DNA of 64,000 bases, taken from assembly GCA_002104945.1 (NCBI GenBank), contig MCFH01000076.1:124001-188000 (forward strand). The letters run 5' to 3'. Below are positions 1 to 10,700 of the stretch, piece by piece. Source of the stretch: Piromyces finnis finn (Eukaryota > Fungi > Neocallimastigomycota). The position numbers and the translations under genes were made by a program. Position 1 is the first letter of the stretch. Each line of letters opens with the position of its first letter. The notes beneath the pieces are model-generated. The model worked only from the letters and a program-made list of their open reading frames with translations, did not search any database and was not told the DNA's origin.

Positions 1-1567
1 ATCAGCACCACGTGGAAGCTTAACATCAAGAAGCTTTTCTAATTCTGGAATCATAGAAATACGACGGAATGGTGGAGTGAAATCAATCTTAATGGCTTCA
101 CCTTCTGGACCATTTGGATGGTATTCAATAACGTATGAACCAGTAATGTACTTAACCATACCAGAAACGAGCTTTTCAGTCATTTCCATAACATCATGCA
201 TATCAGCATAAGCCATATAGAATTCACAGGTGGTGAATTCTGGGTTGTGAGTTAAATCAATACTTTCATTACGGAATTGACGACCAATTTCGTAAACACG
301 GTCTAAACCACCAACAACAAGTTGCTTAAGATATAATTCTGGAGCAACACGCATGAAAAGATCTAAGTTTAAGTCATTGTGGTGAGTGATGAATGGCTTG
401 GCAGTAGCACCACCAGCAATCATATTCATCATTGGAGTTTCAACTTCAAGGAAACCTTGTTGGTCAAGGAAACGTCTTAAATAGTTAACAATCTTAGCAC
501 GAGTAATGAATTTATCTCTGACATAGTTGTTCATAATTAAATCGAGGAAACGGTTACGGTAACGAGATTCTTGATCCTTGAAACCGTAGTGAGCCTTTGG
601 TAACATACGTAAACATGGAGAAAGTAAAGTAATATCTTTACAGAAGATAGAAAGTTCACCCTTCTTAGACTTACCTGGGAAACCCTTAACACCAACGATA
701 TCACCACGTTGTAAAATATCGTGAGTTTCTTGGAAATCTCTTTCAGCGTAATCAATTTGGGCCATAATTTGAACCTTAACACCTTCAGAGTGGAGATCGT
801 AGAATCTAAGCTTGTTACCAGAAGATCTCTTGTTGTGAAGTCTACCGGCTAAAGTAACTTCAACATCAGTTAAATGTTCACCTTCCTTGAGGTTACTGAA
901 TTTTTCAATGAATTCTGGAATAGACATTGAAACATGGTATTTGTATGGGTATGGATTTGGTTGCTTTGATTCACGTAACTTTTGAATAGCCTTGCTACGG
1001 TTTTCAAAGTATTTAGTTGGATCAATGTCTTCTTCATTTTCCTTCTTTGGCTTTGGTGGAGCAGCAGCTAATTTGGCAGCCTTCTTGGCTTCCTTTTCTC
1101 TCATCTTAATTCTACGTTTCATTTCACTAATTATATATTTTAATTTAATAAATTTATTAGGATACCATAATTTATATACTTTATATTGACAAATAAATTA
1201 ATAAACATTTTAATAAAATCTCAGATTTAAACTTTTTAATAAAATAATATATCAATTGACCATAATAATTAAAATTATTATATTATATAAAATATTGAAA
1301 TATATATATCTAATTTTTTTTTTATTTTTATTTAGCTTTTTAGAATATCATTATTACTTTTTTTATATTATCTTATTAATAATTTAAGATCATTATACAA
1401 TTAATATTTTTTTATAATTTAAATTTTTAATTTACTTAATCCCAAATTTATATTGATATTATATTATAATTTACTTTAAAATTTATATTTTTTTTATTTT
1501 ATTCATTTTACCTTTTTGAAACGTATTCACCAGTAACTTCATCTAAGATCTTGTTTGGTTCAGACAT
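1..1567 (-). CDS. KRS1: Cytosolic lysyl-tRNA synthetase (class II), 3' part outside window; exons 1567-1512 and 1126-<1
   Basis: Manual minus-strand translation gives [19 protein letters not shown]^EMKRR...[19 protein letters not shown]...[10 protein letters not shown]...[49 protein letters not shown], the LysRS anticodon-binding and motif 1/2 signatures. GT-AG intron at 1511-1127. The ORF track shows only an off-frame ORF here. Confidence 0.97.
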
Positions 1568-2374
1568 TTTGCTTAAATTTATATATTAATTTAATCGTTT
1601 TAAAATTAATATAATTTTTGTAGTGTATTTCTAAAAAAAAAAAAACATAGTAATAATATTTATGGTATGGCTTTAAAATTTTAAAATGTGATTGGCCGAT
1701 TTGTTAAAAATTAATTTATTATAAAGATTAATGAATAAATAAATGAATAAAATAAATAAATAATGAGATAAATTTTTAAAAAATAATTTTTAAAAATACA
1801 CAGTAAAATTTACAAAATATTAATGTTTAAAATTTTAGGTGGTTTCATTTGAATAAAAATTTTTATTTTTTCAGTTTTTTTATAATAAAAATTAATATAA
1901 AAATTAATATAAAATAAATTAATTGTGTTTTTTATGGTTTAGTAACAGTGTTAATTATATTCCCGACCTGTGTATTGAGAGAGAAATATAATCAAAGATA
2001 TTTAATTTTGTAATTATACTTCCCTCTAAGTGTTATATATTTTGCAAACTTGAAAAATGATTATATAAAATATTTTTATATATAATTATCAAAAACTTAA
2101 AGAAATGCTTAATAATCTAAAAATATTTTTTTTACTAAACTTTAAGTTAGTAATACTTATTGATAATAGTCTTGTAGTTATGAATATGACAAAATAATCA
2201 TTATTACAATATATTGATAAAAAGAAATTAAATATTATACTGCTATTCTTTCATTTTATTATTATTATTATTATTAATACAATTCATATATGATGATACC
2301 TATGTTTATGTTTTAAAAAATAATAAATTATTTTTACTAAAATATTTGAATTTTTACTTTTATAAATGCATTTA

Positions 2375-2645
2375 TTTTTTTTTTTTTTTTTTTTAACTTC
2401 CGAGTGCATTTCTCCCATCGATCAGAGTTAGCTCCAATGGTGGTTCTTAGAGAAACGTTGGCTCATTCCTATTGCTAGGTGGTTGTGACCCTCCTGGTCT
2501 GTCATATTGTTTCTTCAGCTTCGACGCTCACTTAATCCATGTACATTAGATGCATGTCGTTGTACGATATTTCACAACTACAATGCTAAGTCTCTTATAG
2601 TCAATTTGATCACGTGTCAACCGCCCCCTAATGTTTACACTTAAA
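2375..2645 (-). mobile_element. 5'-truncated non-LTR retroposon (LINE 3' end or SINE) with poly(A) tail and 13-bp TSD
   Basis: A GC-richer island ending in a T-run at 2375-2394 (poly(A) on minus), flanked by the direct repeat ATAAATGCATTTA at 2362-2374 and 2646-2658. It shares a 43-nt motif with the LINE 3' end at 12381-12423. Confidence 0.85.
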
Positions 2646-4524
2646 ATAAATGCATTTAATCATTTATATTTTATTTATATTTAATTGTATACTTATTGCC
2701 TATTAATAAAAAAAAAAGTTAAAATTTAATTAATAAATAATTTTGCTTTATTTTCATAAAGATTCTGTTATTCATGATTTAAATAAAAACTTTTAATTTT
2801 TCTAATAATAAGTAGTGTTTTATTATTAATTATTATTATACTGCATTATTTAATTATTAATAATTTTATGTATTTTTTTTATTATTCAACTAATTATTTA
2901 ATCTTTGACATTTTTTATATTTTTATTTTTTATTTTTATTATATTTTAATTTATATAAAATTCACTTTACAATGAAGTAATTGTTTATAACAAATAAAAC
3001 CTTTTTTATTTTTACATTTATATTTAAATTTATTATATAATAAAAGCATAGTAAAAAAAAAATACATTCGAATATCAAAAATATTTTAAATTTTTGTAAT
3101 AGTTTTTTTTTTTTTTTTTACATATAACCTTTTAAAGTTATTTTTATATATATACTATTTAAATTTAAATATTAATTTATTATTATAAACAAAATATTGG
3201 AACCAATTTAATTTGGTTTTAATAAACCAACACCTATTATATTTATGAATATTTTCATCAAGTATTATGAACTTTGGATATATATTGATAATATTTGTAT
3301 ATCTTTTTAATAAACTATTTTCTCTAATATATAAATATACTTTTACACAGGTGTATTTATTTATATAATCAATTATTATAAACCATTAAGACTATTCATA
3401 TTTATTTTATAAAAGTATTTATTTTTTCTTTAAATAAGATATTTTTATCTCCAGTCAGTTTTAATAATAGCAATTTTAAATATATATAAAAAGATTAATA
3501 GATTTAAAACTGTATGTGATGATATAATTTTAATTTTATTTTCAATTTTATTTAAATCATTTAATATGATAATATATATCATCAATACTTTTATATTTTC
3601 TAAACAATTTATTAAAAGGGCTATGAATAGTTCAACTTTTTGAATAACTTATTTGAAAGCCATTATTAAATAAAGATATTTTAATTTTCATGTTCTATAA
3701 ATGAATTTTGATAATATTTTATAATTTTAGTATAATGTATATATAAGAAGAAGAAAATGCATTTTTGTAACATAAAATCAAATAATTGAAAATTAATAGA
3801 TATTATTTTACAAGATGTGAATCAATTGATGTTTATTTACTTGAATAATTTAAACAATATAATACAAATAATACTATTATTTGTATCTCTTTCAGAAATT
3901 ATAATTTTATATTTGATAATTCTTATATTTTCATAACAACATCTAATAATTATATAATTAACCGACTTCTTAACCTCCATCTTTATACTTTATCAAATAT
4001 TAAGGTATAAATCATAACTAAATATTATTCATCAGATATTTCAAATATTTGAAAATAAAAATGAATTCAATTATATATTAATTTATATTTTCATATCGCA
4101 TTAAATATAAAATTAATTGATATTCCAGTAAAAAAAAACAAAAGTTTTTATATAAGTTATTGCTAAAATATTAATTATCTCGTACTTTATTTGTTTTGCT
4201 AATTATCTAAAGTTTTTTTTTTTTTACTATAATATATATTTTGTATATTTAAATTTTATTTATAGATTTTTAATGACTTTTTGAAAAATTCGAATACATC
4301 AAACTATGCTTATTACTATTATTGTTTTATATGTTTTAAATTTATAATAAATTCTAATTTCAAAAATAGATAGATTTATAGTATAGAGTGACATTATAGC
4401 AATTCAAAATCCAGTAATATTAACACTTCAAAAAAAAAAAAAACTATATGAACTTAATAAAAGAGAAGTAATATTAATAATGGAGTAAATGTAATTTAAT
4501 AATAACTAATAACCTTATACCAAC

Positions 4525-4767
<243 letters not shown>

Positions 4768-5064
4768 GAATTAGAGTAATAATAATAATATTTTTAGAGT
4801 AATAACAATATGATGCTAAACATATTTTTATATTACACATTAAAAAATTACTACAACACATTTTAAGCATTCTTTTTTGTTTAGAAACTGTAACTATATC
4901 TTTTTTATTTTTACCTTATTATAAATCTCCTTACTTTTTCTTTTCTTTTTTATTTTTTTCATATGTACTTTGAAGTTTTATGACACTTTGGATTATTTCT
5001 ATAATAAAATATTTAATCCGTCAAAAGAAAAAACTTTAATTGGATTATAACATTTTAAATCTTT

Positions 5065-5076
5065 TAAATAAATGAA

Positions 5077-5115
<39 letters not shown>

Positions 5116-5168
5116 ATGAATAAATGAATAAATAAATGAATAAATAAATGAATAAATAAATAAATAAA
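5065..5168. repeat. (TAAA/TGAA)n tetranucleotide microsatellite
   Basis: Visible taaa tandem run with tgaa variants. Confidence 0.9.
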
Positions 5169-5849
5169 TTTTTTGACATCTTAAAAAGAATTTTAAAGAA
5201 AAAAATCTTAAATTTTTTTCTTTAAAATTCCTTTTTTTAATTTATTTTTTAGACATCTGGAAAAATTTTTAGTAAAAAAGAACTGCCACAATGATTTATG
5301 AATAATAAATACACTAAAAATAAATAATAATATTTTATAATTATCCTTTCTAAATAATATTTCTATCTTGTATATTCAATTTTCAATTAATCTAATTATA
5401 TAAAGTAATTGTTCACTTTTAAAAGAAAAAATGTACTTTTAAGAATTTATTCAATGTACCTGATCATGTCAAAAAAATATTTCGATCATTTTTTATATAA
5501 CGTTTAAAATAAGATTTTATATTAAATTTTTATTATAATATATTGATATACAATAAATTAATTTATTTTAATATATTATATTATATAAATAATATATGAT
5601 TAGTATTAGTTTTAATTTATTTTATTATAAATTTAAATATATTTAAAACAATAATCAAAAAATCAAAAAATCAAAAAATCATAATTTTCTAATTTAAATT
5701 AATATTTAATGTATTATTCATTTTATAAATAAAGTTTAATTAAAGAGATGAGTATATAAAGAAGCCATTTACCTTTATTTATTTTAAAAAAACAATTTAA
5801 TTTAAAAATAAATTTAAAAGTTTATATTAATTTATTAATAAAATAAAAA

Positions 5850-6750
5850 ATGAGTTTCCCAAACGTTGAAGGTCAAACTGTTCCAAGTGTTACTTGGGTT
5901 CACAGAGTTAACAACCAATGGACTAAACTTACTACTGATGAAGTTTTCAAGGGTAAGAGAGTTGTAGTTTTCTCTCTTCCAGGTGCTTTCACTCCAACTT
6001 GTTCTTCTTCTCACCTTCCACGTTATGAAGAATTATACGAAACTATTAAGAGTGCCGCCAATATTGATGAAATTTATTGTATTTCTGTCAATGATACTTT
6101 TGTTATGTAAGTAAAACTATAATATATTGTTAATAATAATAATAATAATAAAAATAAAAAATGTCGTGTTCATAAAAAGAAATACGAAGAAAAAAAATTT
6201 TTTTTTTGAAAATATGAATAATTTATTAATAATGATAATTAAAAAATAATAATTTATTAGGAATGAATGGGCCAAGGATCAAGGTATTGAACACATCAAA
6301 CTTATTCCAGATGGTAATGGTGAATTTACTGAAAAGCTTGGTTTCTTAGTTGATAAGAAGGACTTAGGTTTTGGTAAGCGTTCATGGAGATACTCTATGT
6401 TCGTTGAAGATGGTGTTGTCAAGAAGTTATTCTGTGAACCAGTTAAGGAAGGTGATCCATTTGAAGTTTCTGATGCCGATACTATGCTTGATTACCTTGC
6501 TCCAAATACTGTTAGACCAAAGGTTTGTACCATCTTTGCTCGTGTTGGTTGTCCATACTGTGCTAAAGCTAAGGCTCTTTTACAATCTAAGGGTATTAAA
6601 TATGAAGAAATTACTGTTGCTCGTCATGGTCTTACTTCCAGAACCTTAAGAGCTGTTGCTAACGCTTCTACTGTTCCACAAGTCTTCATTGACGGAAAAT
6701 TAATTGGTGGTAGTGAAGCTTTAGAAAAATACTTTGCTGAAGGAAATTAA
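5850..6750 (+). CDS. pgdx: Hybrid peroxiredoxin (Prx5-type)-glutaredoxin, bacterial PGdx type; exons 5850-6106 and 6261-6750, about 248 aa
   Basis: Peroxidatic motif [18 protein letters not shown]; SVNDTFVM^NEWAKDQ spliced across a GTAAGT...TAG intron (6107-6260); [11 protein letters not shown]; [13 protein letters not shown]; C-terminal Grx domain with CPYC and [14 protein letters not shown]. Confidence 0.93.
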
Positions 6751-7116
6751 ATTTTTTAATTCGATATACCAATTAATATTTAAATTTTAATATTTTCCAA
6801 TTAAGCTTAAAATGGAAAAATATAAATTTGTAAATTTTTGAAAAAAAAACAAAAAAACAAAAAAACAAAAAAAACAAAAAACAAACCTATTTGTAAATTA
6901 TCGCATAAAATAAATATTGTTAATAAAAATCTTTTTAAAAAAATAATAATTAGAAAAAAGTTACATTATTGTAAAAAAAATATTTTGTTAATCCATAATG
7001 ATAATATTATAAAATTATTTTTATATTTTTTGTAAATTTTAAAGTATTTAAAATATTGAAAAATGCAATCTCTACTGTAAATCAAATATAATTGTAAATA
7101 AGTAAAAGTAACTTTT

Positions 7117-7464
7117 ACAATGCTCAAATGGTTTTAAAGCGAATAACCAAGAGCGTAAATAAGAAACAGTAAGATAGGCCAATTAGAGCCAGTGTAACCA
7201 ATGAAAATTATAATTTTGTCTTATGACAAAATTTTGATCTTTGAAGCAGAGTTGGAAGTCAGATTCAATTTATATCTTTGAGAATAATCATGACCTTTTT
7301 TTTAATTAAAAGGACTAGAATACACGATTACTATTTTTTATTCATTTGCTTTTAAATACATGTATCAAAAATTTTAATTAAAATAATAATAGTGGTTTTA
7401 AATTATTGCTTTTTTTTTTTTTTTATTATTATTATTATTTTTTAAAGAAAGAAAAAAAAAAAAA
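7117..7464 (+). mobile_element. Degenerate 3'-end relic of the same LINE family as 7773-12718
   Basis: Aligns by eye to about 12350-12718, e.g. ccaagagcgtaaat--aagaaacagtaagataggcc...aaccaatg...ataattttgt...atgacaaaattttgatctttg...ttggaagtca...actagaatac...tttttattcatttg. An A-run at 7452-7464 lies about 240 nt after the stop-equivalent, as in the intact copy. Confidence 0.85.
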
Positions 7465-7772
7465 CATTTAAAAGTCATATTCTAGTATAATAGTGATTTT
7501 AAAAATTCTAAAAATAAAATTTTATATTTTTTAATTATATATATTATTGCTCTATTAAAGAAGAATAGGATTTTAAAATATTTATTAAAAAAAAGATTTG
7601 TGTTTTTATTTTTTTTTTTTTTTTTATTAAAACATGTTAAAATTATAAAATATTTAAAATGTATTTGTTACCATTAAAAAACAAAAACAAAAACAAAAAA
7701 CATTGGTTAACAGAATGTACTATGAAAGATAAAAATAATTATTTGGATTATTTATGATTTGATTCTTTTTTT

Positions 7773-10700
7773 AAACTTTAAACAAAGCATCGTAACAATT
7801 TTTGTACTATCCAGTACTTTTAAGAAGAGAGAGAGAGACAGATTTTTTTTCCATATACGTTATATTTATAATTTTTATTAGTATTTATTTTATATTCAAT
7901 ATTTTTAATTAGAATTTATTATCATGTCAGTCCTTTATATTAAAGACAAGAATTATATCAGACGTGGTACCCGGTCTTATGGTATCCCCTTAGATGATAT
8001 TCGCTCCTTCTTTATCCGTGGTATTCGATCATGGTCAGTAAATATGCTATGGGAAAAACTCGAGGTTATTCTAGAAGATAAATTTAATTCAGTTATTAGT
8101 GTTAAATATTTTCAGACTTTCAATGATCACTTTTTCTTAGTCAAGGTTCATGGTTCATCGAAAGATTGTATTAAAATCTTACACATGTTAAAGAAGAAAC
8201 TTTCAGTTACCTCAATTTCCTTTTCAGCTCGTAGTAGAAGGAATCACAAATACACTTTTTCCACTCTCAAACGTAAAATTTTAGTTTCTAATAAACATCA
8301 ACATTCTATTCAACAATCATTTCAACAATCAGTTCAACAATCAGTTCAACAATCTCATCAACAATCCGATCTTCAACAAGATCTTCAACAGGATCTTCAA
8401 CAAGTTTCCCATCATGAAAATATTCCAGATCTACAGCAAACACAATTTCAATCTCAACATTCAACAATTAATTCTAATAGCTCTATCAACTCTGATAACA
8501 GTTCAATAGTTGATAGTTCTTCAGTTTCACAGCCATCTAGTAATAGTTCTACTTATTCCTCTGATGCATCATCCATTAATAACGATGACTTTAATAATAA
8601 TAATAATAGCAACGATTCTTCCTCATCCAACAAGCCTGATAACTTTTCTTTTTGTCTTAGTTGGAACACCAATGGGTGGAATCACGAAAAGAGAGATAGT
8701 ATTAGCTATTTCACAGCTATTTTCAAACCATTATTCTTATGTTTCCAAGAAACTGGTAATGGTTCTGGATCGAATACAGATTATCCTTGTCGTGTTACTT
8801 TGCGAAACTATAGACACTTTTTCAAGAAAGCTGACGAATCAGTTCCGGGAATGAGAGGTTTATATTTAGGTTTTCACAATTCATGTCAAGCCTCACTTGA
8901 AAACTTCTCTGGAAAGTATATTATTTCTATTTATACTTTTAGTCTCTGGAATAGATTCAAATGCTCGATTGGAAATGTTTATATGCCTCATAGTCATCAC
9001 AACATCTATGTTGATCATGCAAAGTTAGAAGTTCGCTTGTGGTTACAAACTCATTCATCCCATCCATCGATTCTTGTTGGTGATTTTAATATGTCTAAAG
9101 TAAAATTATCCAACTGGTTATCAACTAATGGATTAGGAGATTGGGAAATTCTTCCGCTTAGAGGGTCTACTATCTCTTGGACTCGAGGTGATCAATCTTC
9201 CGACATTGACCATGCTCTTATCAATTCGAAGATGAAAGATCTTGTTCACTCAGGATCATTTATAAATAATTTTTATCCTGTATCAGACCATAAGCCACTT
9301 CTTATTAATGGTAAAATTATTCCTATGGAAGATTTTTCTAATGACTTTAATGTTCCTAAGAAAATTCTGAAATGGAATAGATTAAAATGTATTGAGGAAA
9401 AGGAATCTATTCTCAGTCATAATAAATTCCAAATACTTTCAGCAAAATCCAGCGATCCTAATGTTTCTACAGATGAACTTTCCAAAGAGTTTACTTCAAC
9501 TGCTTTTTCAATTGCAGACGAGCTCAGTATTACCTCAGCAAATAATGTTATAAAGTCTTCATTTCATATTTCACAACAAATTTTTAATCTTCAAAAAATC
9601 AAAATGAAGTTGTATAAGAGATTTAAAAAAGAAAGAATTTATGATATAGATGAATTTATTAAAAGAATTAAAATCTACCGTAAACTCATTGATTACATCC
9701 ACAAAAGATGTAATGAATTTAGGAAGCAAGAATATCTTCATTGGATTAAAACAGGATGTGAGTATATGAAGAGTCATAATCCTAAGAAGGCCTGGAAATG
9801 GATCAAGAAAACTGCAAAAATTGGAAAAGATTCTTTCTTTATTGCTCAACCAATTAAAAATAAAAATGGAGAATTAGTTGTTGCTACGGAAGAACAACTA
9901 GATGTGTGGCATGATCATTTCGAAAATCTTGCATCAGACCCAAGTGGTGTAAGTCTTGATTTGGAGCATTGGTATGAAGAACCAACGAATAAACGTTTTT
10001 CACTTCCTATGCTTGATGAGTGGGATATCAACCAAGATATTAGTATTGATGAAGTCAAGTCAGCTATCCTCACTACTCCAAATTATAAAGCATCAGGTCC
10101 GGATGGTATTCCAATTGAATTTTACAAAGCATTAGTTCCATCAAGTAATGATTCTAATAATGCTACAGGTAATAATTCTTCTGGTAATACTACTTCAGAT
10201 AATGATGCTCATGGTTTAAATTTTATTCTTAAATTATTCAACCGTATTTGGGATGGAGATTTCCCCAACTCATGGAATGAATCCAGTATTGTTTCTATTC
10301 CTAAGAAGGGAGATTTGACAGATTGTGATAACTATCGAGGTATATCACTTATCAATAATGGCATTAAGTTGATTTCCAAAATTGTCACCACTAGAATCTC
10401 AGAATATGGTTTAAAGAATAAATTCATTAGACCTGAACAATTTGGTTTTCGAAAAAAGGAAGAAAGTATCAGTCTTTTCATTTCAATCCAAGAAATATGC
10501 CGTAGACGTCAATTAGATAATAAAGAGACATATTTGGCCTTTTTAGATCTCAGGAAAGCATACGATTCAGTCCCAATCGGTAATATTCTCCATAAATTAG
10601 ATTGTTTAGGAATCCGAGGTAAGAGTCTACAATTTATCAAAAATTTATATTTAACATCTAAGGCTAATGTCAAATTAGATGGACAATTCTCGAAATCTTT

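Noticed and set aside
537-1189. Track ORFs 537-782 and 992-1189
   Set aside because: Off-frame or antisense to the lysyl-tRNA synthetase exon.
3150-4130. Possible decayed coding remnant (ankyrin-like?) on the minus strand
   Set aside because: Slightly coding-like composition, but I could not recover a convincing open frame or repeat motif; a translated HMM search would be needed.
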